Below, one piece after another: positions 1-11,490 of a stretch of DNA of 64,000 bases (position 1 is the first letter of the stretch; each line of letters starts with the position of its first letter). Under the pieces are notes generated by a model, which was not told the origin of the DNA, ran no database searches, and worked only from the letters and a program-made list of their open reading frames with translations. A program made the position numbers and the translations under genes. Source of the DNA: Macrostomum hystrix (taxonomy: Eukaryota > Animalia > Platyhelminthes); NCBI GenBank assembly GCA_950097015.1, contig CATNEN010000039.1, positions 2,852,001 through 2,916,000 of the forward strand, written 5' to 3'.

Positions 1-205
1 AAAAACGAGGAGCAGAAAAGGAATTTTTCAAATCCCAGTTGACAACTGGATCCAACTGGTCTGGTTAGTGGCGCCGCGCGAGGGAACTGCTGGGGAGGCG
101 AGCAAACGCGAAAGGAAAAAACAGGGAGACAAAAAAAGCAAGAGAATAAATTTAAATAAAGATGCGAAAACAAATACTACGGCGAACAAGACAGGGCAAG
201 ATATA

Positions 206-612
206 AGGTGAGGGAGATAAGAAGGTGAGGGAGATAAGAAGGCGAGGGAGATAAGAAGGCGAGGGAGATAAGAAGGCGAGGGAGATAAGAAGGCGAGGGA
301 GATAAGAAGGCGAGGGAGATAAGAAGGCGAGGGAGATAGAAAGGTGAGGGAGATAAGAAGGTGAGGGAGATAAGAAGGCGAGGGAGATAAGAAGGCGAGG
401 GAGATAAGAAGGTGAGGGAGATAAGAAGGCGAGGGAGATAAGAAGGCGAGGGAGATAAGAAGGCGAGGGAGATAAGAAGGTGAGGGAGATAAGAAGGCGA
501 GGGAGATAGAAAGGTGAGGGAGATAAGAAGGTGAGGGAGATAAGAAGGCGAGGGAGATAAGAAGGCGAGGGAGATAAGAAGGCGAGGGAGATAAGAAGGC
601 GAGGGAGATAAG
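206..612. repeat. 17-bp minisatellite (GAGGGAGATAAGAAGGY)n, ~24 copies, inside the putative intron of the MARVEL-like gene
   Basis: Tandem periodicity read directly; ORF 28..645 is only the translated repeat (17-aa period = 3x17 nt). Confidence 0.95.
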
Positions 613-689
613 GTGAAGAAGATTAGATACTGTACGCGGTACCAAACAATACCTGCCCTATAACTTCCAGTACCTACTCAAGCACTCAC

Positions 690-977
690 AATGACAGACC
701 AGTGAAGTCTAACAAAGGCAAATGAGCCGAAGAGGTGGGCGCAAAAGTACATTGCCGTTATTAGAAAGCAGGGCACGGAGGTGATGAGGCCCCAGATGCC
801 AATGCTGGGATGGGCGGCTGCAGCAACGCCAGTGAGAATGATGGACAGCGCGGTGCCAGTCAGCTGGAAGATGCCCAACGATGACAGGCAGTGCTCGCGG
901 TAGATCACGAAGAACCTGACGCTGCTGCCACGGTGGCAATTATTTGCAGGATTTGCAGCTGGCTGGTCCGGCTCCAT
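690..977 (-). CDS. First coding exon of a multi-pass membrane protein, MARVEL/CMTM-like; later exons not identified
   Basis: ATG at 977. Two hydrophobic segments follow a MARVEL-like 'HCLSSLGIFQL' start. The exon ends at a consensus donor ATT|GTGAGT (ACTCAC at 684-689 on +). Confidence 0.55.
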
Positions 978-2949
978 CACTGCTCAAAGTCTACTCAAGA
1001 TTGTTTCAAAATGGAAGATGAGAACTCTGTGATGCAGAATGGCTGTAATAAATGCAGTCTGAAAAAATGGCAGAATTTGCATTTCAGAAGCCGAAGCCAA
1101 ATTATAGAAGCAGAATTATAATCTCAACTTCACATGAAACATATAGTGTGTAATTATCGAGCTATAGGCTAAAGAAACAAAAAAATTGTTAGAAAATGTA
1201 AGTAGTACTAAGCTCTTCACACATAAAATCTATATATATCTTCAAGGTAAAAAACTAAAATATGTGTTTTGTGTCTTTCTTACACATTTGTGTCTTTTTG
1301 CAGTGTCAACAAGCTTCTTGAAATTTTACCAACCAAAATACTTATATTGTGTTGTCTAAGACTTTAAGAATATTGCAACTTAATCAGTCAGATGAAACAA
1401 AATATATATTCTAAAATGTCAAGAAAGACCATAACATTGTAAATATATCTAGCATGCTCACTTTATTTTATTAATCTCTAGTTCTACCAGCAAATTCTTC
1501 TTTATTTTCACAATGAACCATTAATTTTTTTGGTTGGGGTAGCTTTTGATAAAGATATAATTGAATTGCTAAATAGTAATTATTAGGACACCAGTATGGA
1601 ACAAAGAATTTTAATCCTTCAGATTTAAGTATGTCTTCAAATAGCTAATATGAAACTATTTTTATAGTGTGGATTCTAATTTGATCAGAATATGTTAAAT
1701 AAAAAAAATTTACTTTGCAAGTAGCTATCTAATTGGCACTGTATTTTTAGCTAGCCTTGTCAAAAAATGTCATATAAACTGGCAGTCAATTGAAAAGACT
1801 ATTGAAAAAATATACTTTGTGGACTGAATAAAAATAATTAACTGCAAAAAGCTAATTTAAACTAAAAATAAAAGTTGCATAATACATTTATAAAATATTA
1901 AAAGGCATGAAAAGTAACATGAAAGTTCTAGAATTAAGTGGTAACATAAGTAGCTTTTTATATCAATTGCATTGTACCATGCAATGTATAAGAAAAATTT
2001 GAAACAGAACCTGTTTCAGAAAGAACTGGGAGTAAACTTTATGAGATTATAATTCACTTCAGTAACAGCTACTTTGGTAACAGCAACTTTCGTAACAACT
2101 GCTTTGGTCATATGATAAATGACTATTGACTAATAGTTACAATAGTAACAAAAGCAGATATAGGCCTAATGTCACAAAATATACGCAGACTAGTTAATGA
2201 GTTTATAAACAGCTTGATTTCGAAATAAGCTTTAAAAGACTGCAACATTACCGACCATATATAACTAGATCAGATCAGATCGTGTCATTTGTTACAAAAT
2301 TGCTTTAACAAACCGAAGTGGACGGTTACTTTTTATGCTTCTGTTATAGCCATTATAGGTTCAAGGTTCAAATCTAAAAAGTTCTAGCTGAGATTTGAGA
2401 ATGAGAAGTGAAGTTTGAAGTTATGAATGTCTAATTGCATTAAGTAGATGCAAAATAATGCGAGGTCTTTTAGTTCAGCCGTTGTATTAAGCAATTAACT
2501 TGGTAACAGCAACATATTTCAAATTAGTTTCACAAGTATAGCTATATATATATGGATAGCCTGTTTCCTGTGAATTATATATTTAAACGTATAACATTTA
2601 GAGTTTTCATTTTGATTTGCATTATAACAAAAGTTATTTCATTTTTACATATGTTTTCGTTTATATTAAATTGTCGAATTCTAACTGTTTCGATATTTTC
2701 TAATTATATTTGTGTCATTTACTTAATCTAGACAATGCAGCAAAATTACTCAGTCAGTATTACATCAATAAATCACTAAATAAATTATTACAAAGTGTAG
2801 TTACAAAACAACTGATCACACCCGCCTTAATCAGGCCAGATTTACAACTAACAACACAGCCGCAGCTATTGCGAGGCGCATCTGACGGTCGCATACGGCT
2901 ATTTAGTCCATTGGACTGGGGGGACGCCACTGCACCCACCATCAATAAG

Positions 2950-3085
2950 CCCAGCAGCTATAATTAACAGCTCGGTGAACTGAAACAGAGTTAGAGTGAA
3001 GTGTCATGCTAAAGGACACAAAGTACAAGTATTTAAGTGGGAGTCGGGAATCGAACCCCTCGATTTTTAAGCCATGAGCAGCCAA
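2950..3085 (-). mobile_element. tRNA-derived SINE relic
   Basis: B-box GGTTCGATTCC on - strand (3047-3057), followed by a SINE body-like TGTGTCCTTTAGCATGACACTTCAC...CAGTTCACCGAGCTG. Similar to the copy at 46895-47040. Confidence 0.55.
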
Positions 3086-3797
3086 ATTTTTAGATGTATT
3101 TTTTATCTCCGCCAGCGAACTGTTGATGCGTTGACTTCTGCACTATTGAAGCTCTGATATTCTAGCTCTGATGCGAAATTGCCTATTACATTGACTAAGT
3201 GTAACTGTATAATTCTCCCCACTCATTAAATGACTCGATCACTTGACTTTATTCATTATTTACAGGTTGTAGTATTTACGAGTAGTAGTATACGAGTAGT
3301 ATACTCTTGGTAGCATTTTGTAGTCCCTGCCAATGAGCTGCTGCGGTCCACTGACGGACCTACTTAGTGTAGTAATAACAATGCTCTACAAAGCAAAACA
3401 ATGCTGTAATAAGGTAATCGTATTAACAGCGCAGGACTTACGAAATTAAATAAACAATATCCTATTGTATTGGCTGCATGCAATTCCTCCAATTGAGATA
3501 CCTGTGAGTACCTAGCTCTGGGTACTTTAATTGTGAGTACCTTGCTGGTCAACGTCGGGTGGAGAAACAAAGTGTATTTCGCTTATCTCTATTGCCTGCC
3601 ACTGTCTGTGCAAACTGCTGGTGTGGAGGCTGCAGTTGTTAGTAGTTCATCACTAGGCAGCATGGCATTAAGTATGCTTCAGGCTCGAAAGTAGCTCTAT
3701 TTAAAAGTATTACCCCCTTGGTAGTTCTTGGTAGTTAGTGGTGTTATAACTATCGAGCAAATTATTTTTAATCTTACTCCACACCAAGTCATAAATA

Positions 3798-4441
3798 CTC
3801 AGCAACAGCTAAACCCCCCCCCAACTCACGCTGTCACACGGCCCAAAAGTTTTGTATGCCATCGGTGACTCAGAAATGTGTGAAGGCTGCCGCCGCCAGA
3901 CGCGAGCGCAAAGTGCGGCATGGGGGATTTGGGGAGGGGGTGGCGCAACTCAACCCACTGGTGGCTGCATTGCGCAATGGTAAACTATCAGTAGTTAAAG
4001 AGGAGGGTGCAAATCAATATTACTTGAATTTGGCACAACAGCACACACCACAGTTAAGACGTCTTCAAGACGACAACGCTGCGCCACATCGAGCAGCACA
4101 CGTGCAGCTGCTGAAGGAGCAGCTCGGCATTCGCACATTGAACTGGCCGTCAAAGTCTCCAGACATGAACCCCATCGAGCATGTCTGGGACTTTGTAAAG
4201 CGAAGAGTTCAGCAGGATGCCCCACAGAATGCTGAACAGTTGCGACTGGCGGTGCTGAATGCCTGGCAGCAGCTGCCCCAAGAGTTAATCAACCGCTGGT
4301 AATCAGGATGCCACGACGAGTCACGGCACTTTTGCATGCTCGTGGTTCCTACACACGATACTGAGACTAGAATTGAAGACATTGCTTAACTTTTGTGCCC
4401 GTGTGACAGCGTGAGTTGGGGGGGGTTTAGCTGTTGCTGAG
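3798..4441 (+). mobile_element. Internally deleted Tc1-family (DD34E) DNA transposon
   Basis: ~53-bp TIRs (CTCAGCAACAGCTAAACCCC...CAAAAGT), TA on both flanks (3796-97, 4442-43). Contains only the C-terminal transposase part: QDDNAAPH...WPSKSPDMNPIE with 34 residues between D and E. Confidence 0.92.
4060..4364 (+). pseudogene. Tc1 transposase C-terminal fragment, frameshifted
   Basis: DDNAAPHRA and SPDMNPIEHVW motifs; after a 1-nt frameshift near 4296 it reads VIRMPRRVTALLHARGSYTRY*, a typical Tc1 C-terminus. Confidence 0.88.
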
Positions 4442-4808
4442 TATACTCGTACAAGGCAGCTCTAAGAAGTGGGACAAATTCTGCAGAAGGCAATACAGCA
4501 CACATACTACTATAGTCACGCAAATGTAAAGATAGACACAATGCCCACCTGCAATTGGTCCCATCCTCTAGCTTGAGCACCACGATTCTAGATCTGGTGG
4601 ATGGTAGCGATTAACAGGACTCAATTCAAATAGACTCATAAATTATTCCAGCTATTCTTTGGACAGCCCTCGTATTTATTTTAGGCGCGTCGCTTGTCTA
4701 TATCTGCATTCCACGGTATCTTCACGGCACATTAAAATACGAGTAAAATGTAATTTTACGCGCGCGCTGTCGGGCTGTCGATTTTTTTTCCTTGAAAACA
4801 GTAGTAGC

Positions 4809-5814
4809 TGTAGTGTCAGCTTGTTTGCCCGTGTTATTATTCAGTACTTATTTTTAGACGTGTTTTTGCTAAGAGTTCACCCACGCCAAGCCGGGCCGGA
4901 CCAGCTGGGGGAACGGACGCCCACCACCCCGCGAGCGCTACCCCTGGGCTACGGTCCCGGCCAATCAGCGAGCGACCCGGCCTCACTACCTGTCTACCCT
5001 CGGCAAGAAGCGACCCCGGGGCTCAGAACGGCGGTCGCAAGTCTACTGCGATTTGTCGCCTTGGCTCAAGCTACAGCCAGGCATCCACCTCGCCGATCGA
5101 CCTAATTTGGGGTTAAAATGACTCTATATAACGAAGCGTGTTTTTGTAGTCCAAATTATCTTTTTCTCCGCAATCCGCCTCACACTGTGAGAAGCACGTG
5201 CAAATTATCGTTCTCCGCAATTCGCCTCACACTGTGAGAAGCACGTGCAAACCAGTCCACTTGTTTTGTCCCTCCCCGCCCGACCACACTCCGCTTGTTC
5301 AGTTAGGTAGCTTTCGGCGCTACGCGTCTTGAGAGTGCGCCGCTGACAAGGGTGGTCTAGATAGGCGCTTGTTGTCGAAGTCAGTACGTGCTCTCTTCGG
5401 AGACTCCGCCGTCAGGCAGAAGGAGTGCCAACCGATAGGATCTGTCGGGGCAGCGCTGAAAGCAGAGACAACCGGAGCCTCTCGGGAAGAGTAGGGCGCG
5501 GATGTAGGCCAGTTTAAGTAAAATTGTTATATCCAAATTGTTAGACCAGACTTGCTTCTCACTGTGAGCGCGCTATAATTTATTTCCGTGTGAACATCTA
5601 TTCTGTCAGTATAACTTTTAAGTCAAGTAAACGATATTCAAAGTAATTCCTATTCGTATCTGGAATCTTAGTCACAGCCAATTAACTCACTCCTAATCAA
5701 ATTATTCGAGTCTTCGCGTTCATACTGTGTTATTATTTTTCGTTGGGAGTTTCGCCGGGCCGGAGGAACACTCTGGTCTCATCGCTTATCTATTCCGCTT
5801 CGCTCGCTACCACA
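4809..5814. mobile_element. Possible solo LTR (~1.0 kb)
   Basis: GC-richer block bounded by TGTAGT...ACCACA, with a TATA-like CTATATAA near 5124 and an internal ~41-bp duplication (5164-5250). Flanks GTAGC/GTCTC match only 3/5, so no clean TSD. Confidence 0.3.
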
Positions 5815-5939
5815 GTCTCTAACGCTATTTAATTCTAGATTCCCTGCTGCTATTGAAACGATTGGTAGGACACCGACCCCGGTGAATAGTGAATAGTCGC
5901 TAGCTTTAAATACCTCACGCTCCAGCTAGGACATTCATA

Positions 5940-7000
5940 CGAGGGTTGTCCGGCCAAAAATAGGACTGCTCAAATATTACTTCAGCTAAGTGAGATATGA
6001 ATCTGAAAATCGATAATAATATTTTTCAATGTCTATGGACATAACTCCTCAAAAAGCTACAGCAGCGCATTTATGGTTTCTTGTCACTGCTGAATGCAAG
6101 CTTTTGCCTATCGCATACCCCTACGGCATTTCCTAGCTCTTATCTTACCACTTACGATGGTCAAACAGCGCGAAATCGTTGTTGACTGCTTCAAGGCCGG
6201 GAGATCGGCCAAGGAGTGCATGCAGCACCTGCAGGCCATCTACGGCAGCGAAGCCTTGTCGCGGAGCCAAGTATATCACATATTTGAACAGCTTCGTGAA
6301 GGTCACGATGGCTCTGATGGCAGAGGTCACCATCGTGATCCAACTGTTAGGACGCCAGCGAATGTAGCGATGGTTGAGGAGCTGATCAGTGACGACAGGC
6401 GTCTCACTGTCAGGGAACTGGCCGACTTGACTGGCATCTCGAAGACAACTGTTGACGAGATTCTGACCAAGGATCTGCAGCTCAAGCATGTGTCAGCAAG
6501 ATGGGTGCCGCACCTTCTGACTGAGGAGAACCGAGCTGAGCGAGTTCGCTGCGCGAAGAACTTCTATCGCCTGATGCGCAGCAATCCCGGCTTCCTTGTT
6601 CGAGTCATCACTGCTGATGAGACATGGCTGCACTATGTGACGCCAGAGACCAAGGTTCAGTCGAAGCAGTGGGTTCCGCGTGCAGCTGCGGCCCCAACGA
6701 AAGCGCGGGTGTCGCGCAGTGCCAAGAAGACCATGGCCATTGTGTTCTTTGACTCGAGCGGGCTGGTGTACACGCATTATGTGCCAAATGGGCTGACGGT
6801 CAACAGCCAGTACTACTGCGAGGTCCTGGACACTCTGCAAGAGCATATCAGCCGCAAGAGGCCGCAGCTGGCGCGAAAAGGCTGGTTCCTCCATCATGAC
6901 ATTGCCCGCCCCCAAGTGTCAGCGTTGACCCAGCAGTTCCTGGAGAGGCGAGGCATTCAGACTGCCACATCCGCCGTACTCCCCGGACTTGGCCCCATTG
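5940..7000 (+). mobile_element. 3'-truncated mariner element with a defective transposase (ATG 6157)
   Basis: TA|CGAGGGTTGTCC mariner-type left end. HTH region, WVPHLL, DETW and HDIARPQ (degenerate HDNARPH) present. After a frameshift near 6960 it reads LPHPPYSPDLAP, then homology stops; no right TIR. Confidence 0.9.
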
Positions 7001-7042
7001 TATTGTATCTTTTCTGTAATATCTGTAATAACTGTAATACTA

Positions 7043-8396
7043 CGGGTGTGTCATAAGTAATGTCACTGTGGTTGTTGTGCGGGAACCCAAAGCAATAATC
7101 ATCCAAATATATTATATTCTGAAAGTACATTTATTGAGAAGTAGCCACCACACCTGAGCAGCAATTTAAATGTCTATGGCCAAAACTGTCGCAAGAATTT
7201 GTTAATCAGATTTAGCAAGCGCAACGCGATGAAATCTTCTTTTTGCAACGAGCAAAACTCAACATGAATCACGACAAGACGCACATACAGTTCTACGCTT
7301 TCATTCGCTTCAAGCTTGGAAAATCTGCACTTGAAGTAGAGGAGGATCTCCGGAACACACTGCCAGACAACTGTCCAACTCGCAGGACAATTTACAGGTG
7401 GTTTCAGAACTTTACTGATCCTGGGTTCGAATTGGGAGATGCCGCCAGATCTGGACGACCATGTTCAACCAGGACAATAGAGAACATCGAAGTCATCAGC
7501 GACCTGGTCAAGGAAGACCCGCGGCAGTCTGTCAGGGAGCTAGCGGACTGCTTGGAGATTGATTTCAAGACAGTCCATCGCATCTTGACAGAGGATCTCC
7601 ATCTCCGAAACGTCTGCTCGGTCTGGGTGCCCCATGACCTCACTGCGGACCAACGTCAGGCCCGTGTGAACTGCGCCAATCAGATCCGCAAGGTGTTCAG
7701 CAGCCGGGGCTTGGATGACATCCTAAACTGCCTGGTTGTTGAGGATGAGACCTGGCTCCACCTGGATGGCAAAAGCAGCAAGGCAGACAATCGCTGCTGG
7801 CTGGGAGCTGGGGACTCCAGGCTGACTGTGACCAGGAGGTCCATCTCAGACAAGAAGACCATGCTGCTGGTGGCATTCACGCCAAACAAACGAGTCTCCA
7901 TCTGTACAACTCCGCCAAACACCAAGGTCGATGGCCAGTACTTCATCGACTTTGTCCGACACACTGGGAACCTCTGGCGCACGCTCCGGTCAAACCCGAT
8001 TCACCTGAACGAAGTTCTGTGGCAGATGGACAACGCACGGCCCCACACCTGTCAGGCTGTTTCGGATTTTCTGGCTGGACGGCGAGTAAATCTGCTCTGG
8101 CAGAGTCCCTACAGCCCAGACTTCAACTTGTGCGACAGGTTTCTCTTTAAATGGCTAAAGGCAGACTTTTCCCAGAGAAGTTTCGCAAACCATGATGAGG
8201 TCAAAGAAGCCGCGTTGCACTGGTTCCGACAGCTGGAGGAAAAACACCTGCAGGCTGAGGTAGAGAAGCTGTACGAGCACTGCCAGAGGGTGATTGATAT
8301 TGGGGGACACTATGTTGTTGATTGATACAGTTTCGTTCATCTGCGATTGTTAGTTGGTCTGTTTTACCCTCAGTGACATTACTTATGACACACCCG
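7043..8396 (+). mobile_element. Full-length mariner (DD34D) transposon, 1354 bp
   Basis: Perfect 26-bp TIRs CGGGTGTGTCATAAGTAATGTCACTG (7043-7068 and 8371-8396). TA on the left flank, AA on the right (mutated TSD). Encloses one intact ORF. Confidence 0.96.
7264..8325 (+). CDS. Mariner transposase, 353 aa, apparently intact
   Basis: N-terminal HTHs with RSGRP linker, WVPHDL, EDETW, MDNARPH, YSPDFNLCD (34 residues between 2nd and 3rd catalytic D), C-terminal GGHYV. Confidence 0.95.
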   Translation: MNHDKTHIQFYAFIRFKLGKSALEVEEDLRNTLPDNCPTRRTIYRWFQNFTDPGFELGDAARSGRPCSTRTIENIEVISDLVKEDPRQSVRELADCLEIDFKTVHRILTEDLHLRNVCSVWVPHDLTADQRQARVNCANQIRKVFSSRGLDDILNCLVVEDETWLHLDGKSSKADNRCWLGAGDSRLTVTRRSISDKKTMLLVAFTPNKRVSICTTPPNTKVDGQYFIDFVRHTGNLWRTLRSNPIHLNEVLWQMDNARPHTCQAVSDFLAGRRVNLLWQSPYSPDFNLCDRFLFKWLKADFSQRSFANHDEVKEAALHWFRQLEEKHLQAEVEKLYEHCQRVIDIGGHYVVD

Positions 8397-8492
8397 AAGT
8401 ACAATATAATTAAATTTGCAATTTTGCAAAATTCCTGAAATAGAACTGTCTGAAAAGAATGGCATGGAATCTTCAGTTTGTACGAGTCACTC

Positions 8493-8690
8493 GTACTGAC
8501 CCTAGACCCGTATCCGAAGCGAGGCTGCAGTTATAGATATATATAGTATATAAGATAAAAATATGCTTCTTTTGTTTGACAAAGCTTAAGATTTGACAAG
8601 CTTTGACAAAGCGCCAAGCTTTAAAACCCTACAAAGGTTTGTACTGACCCTAGACCCGTATCCGAAGCGAGGCTGCAGTTATATATATAG
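8493..8690. repeat. 43-bp direct repeat (GTACTGACCCTAGACCCGTATCCGAAGCGAGGCTGCAGTTATA), two copies 148 bp apart
   Basis: Identical copies start at 8493 and 8641, each followed by a (TA)n-like tract. Confidence 0.9.
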
Positions 8691-8777
8691 TACAGAAAAT
8701 TAACATTTTCGGTCCGCGATTATCGAATATTTCTACAAACCCTGGTCTCTTTGCTATCAGCTGAGAAATCAATCACA

Positions 8778-9527
8778 ATGACATCATCAGTTGTACCTGC
8801 AGGAGAGTACAGATGCGACTTCTACCAGTTCGGCTGCAAATTCGTGCCGACAAGTGCCCAGGCTGAGGCAAGCCACTACAATTCTGCTGATGTGAGAGCT
8901 GAGCACATACGACTGGTGAGCGAAATACTGCAAAGTCTGGAGGGCCGGGTGACCAGACTAGAGGAGAAAAGTGAGCGCTACGCACAGGACATCAAGCTGA
9001 ATAGGCGCGAGATTGCAGCCCTGAAGCTGAGGCTCAGCCAACTGGAAGCTCACAGACTGAGGATATGCACTGTTTGGTACATGAGCTCCGAGGACCTCCT
9101 GCAGCCTGGCGGTGGGTCGCACCGCTTCCAGACGCAGGAGTTTGGCTACGGCTTTGCCATCCGAGCCCGGCTGCTGGAGTCGGCAGAACCCGCAGTCGCC
9201 AGCTTCCGCTTCAGTCTGAAGCTTTTGCCAACTCGGCACGATCGGACACTGGCGTGGCCCTTCCAATCGCGAATTCGGGTTGACGTATTCCCGCCGGACA
9301 GCCACCCGCAGCTTCTTCCTCCCGAGTGCTCGGTGACATTGGACCCGGCAACTCTGCCAGCCAATCAGCTGCGGCTGCTGCAGAGACCCCAGGGCGCCGC
9401 TGACGACGGAGAGGATTCAGTTGAGGTGCAGCTGTTGATTAGCTGCACAATGGACCAGCTGCGAGACCTCCCCGCCGGATGCTCGTTCGCTGTTCGTGTC
9501 GGCCTCCTCCCTAGGAGAGATGACTGA
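8778..9527 (+). CDS. TRAF-like protein (partial TRAF zinc finger, coiled coil, divergent MATH/TRAF-C domain; no RING), 249 aa, single exon
   Basis: C-x-F-x3-GC-x-F...H...H pattern, a heptad-like segment (LQSLEGRVTRLEEK), and TRAF-C-like motifs FQTQEFGYGF and DRTLAWPFQSRI. An acceptor-like CTTTGCTATCAG lies 17 nt upstream of the ATG. Confidence 0.75.
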   Translation: MTSSVVPAGEYRCDFYQFGCKFVPTSAQAEASHYNSADVRAEHIRLVSEILQSLEGRVTRLEEKSERYAQDIKLNRREIAALKLRLSQLEAHRLRICTVWYMSSEDLLQPGGGSHRFQTQEFGYGFAIRARLLESAEPAVASFRFSLKLLPTRHDRTLAWPFQSRIRVDVFPPDSHPQLLPPECSVTLDPATLPANQLRLLQRPQGAADDGEDSVEVQLLISCTMDQLRDLPAGCSFAVRVGLLPRRDD

Positions 9528-9867
9528 CCAAATCGTGTCTGATCGCCGTGGAGAGAATTCGACATCTGATGAGGTGTTTGCAAGGACTTAATAAACACTT
9601 TCTACTCGTAAATCCTGCTTAATCCTCCTAAACATTTTATCAGCTCTTAATATCTGTACTAGATCCTTCTAAATGTAACATGTACACTTGCCAAAAACTT
9701 TGCGTCATAAACGAAATACCTTGACAATTTTTTACCTGGACAAGCGTCATATGTAAGCACAATTTCACGTAACAATTAAGTAGGACGATTCACCAAGTCT
9801 TAAACCTAGTGTTAAGAAAAATACAGGTGTTCATTTTTTTATCCTGAAGATGGAATCGAAACTCTAA

Positions 9868-11073
9868 GGATTGATAGCGGATTTCTGAGAATTGATAGCG
9901 GATTTCTGAGGATTGATAGCGGATTTCTGAGGATTGATAGCGGATTTCTGAGGATTGATAGCGGATTCCTGAGAAGTGATAGCAGATTCCTGAGAAATGA
10001 TAGCGGATTCCTGAGAAGTGATAGCGGATTCCTGAGAAGTGATAGCGGATTCCTGAGAAGTGATAGCGGATTCCTGAGAAATGATAGCGCATTCCTGAGA
10101 AATGATAGCGGATTCCTGAGAAATAATAGCGGATTCCTGAGAAATGATAGCGGATTCCTGAGAAATGATAGCGGATTCCTGAGAAGTGATAGCGGATTCC
10201 TGAGAAATGATAGTGGATTCCTGAGAAGTGATAGCGGATTCCTGAGAAATGATAGTGGATTCCTGAGAAATGATAGCGGATTCCTGAGAAGTGATAGCGG
10301 ATTCCTGAGAAGTGATAGCGGATTCCTGAGAAATGATAGTGGATTCCTGAGAAATGATAGCGGATTCCTGAGAAGTGATAGCGGATTCCTGAGAAATGAT
10401 AGCGGATTCCTGAGAAGTGATAGTGGATTTCTGAGAAGTGATAGCGGATTCCTGAGAAATGATAGCGGATTCCTGAGAAGTGATAGTGGATTTCTGAGAA
10501 GTGATAGCGGATTCCTAAAATATGATAGTGGATTTCTGAGAAGAGATAGTGGATTTCTGAGAAGTGATAGTAGATTTCTGAGAAGTGATAGCGGATTCCT
10601 GAGAAATGATAGTGGATTCCTGAGAAATGATAGCGGATTCCTGAGAAGTGATAGCGGATTCCTGAGAAGTGATAGCGGATTCCTGAGAAATGATAGTGGA
10701 TTCCTGAGAAATGATAGCGGATTCCTGAGAAATGATAGCGGATTCCTGAGAAATGATAGCGGATTCCTGAGAAGTGATAGCGGATTCCTGAGAAGTGATA
10801 GCGGATTCCTGAGAAGTGATAGCGGATTCCTGAGAAGTGATAGCGGATTCCTGAGAAGTGATAGCGGATTCCTGAGAAATGATAGTGGATTCCTGAGAAG
10901 TGATAGCGGATTCCTGAGAAGTGATAGCGGATTCCTGAGAAGTGATAGCGGATTCCTGAGAAGTGATAGCGGATTCCTAAGAAGTGATAGCGGATTCCTG
11001 AGAAATGATAGTGGATTCCTGAGAAATGATAGCGGATTCCTGAGAAGTGTTAGCGGATTCCTGAGAAGTGATA
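9868..11073. repeat. 21-bp minisatellite (GATAGCGGATTCCTGAGAART)n, ~57 copies, between the convergent TRAF-like and ALAD 3' ends
   Basis: Direct periodicity; the LLRNPLS ORF is the translated repeat. Confidence 0.96.
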
Positions 11074-11490
11074 GCCCATTCATACAGAGGTTTGAAGCGA
11101 ATCTTGCAAAATGGAATTGACTTATCGCAGAGTTTCGACTGTTAATTAGCTCGATTTCGGCAGATAATTATTTGTTTGATAGTTTCGCTGCACTTTATGT
11201 TTGTTTTATGAGCCCACAAACGATGCGGCAAATTTATCGTACAATTAATTAACCATTTGATTAAAGAAATGGTTTACAGTCAACAAGTTGAGACAAAACA
11301 TTTTCTGAGAGCGAATCACTAAACAGTTCAACCAAAAATAGGGCACAATGAGCCCATAATCAATAAGCCATTGGTACACAATATATTAAAAAACTCAATA
11401 TTCGTTCTAGACAGCAACAAAATACGTACCATAAATTCTACTACACAATACTTCTACAGAAAATTCAAGTAGTCACTAATGATTGCGAAT

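Noticed and set aside
5940-8396. Nested insertion of the second mariner inside the first
   Set aside because: The missing 3' part and right TIR of the first element do not resume after 8396, so the two are adjacent rather than nested.
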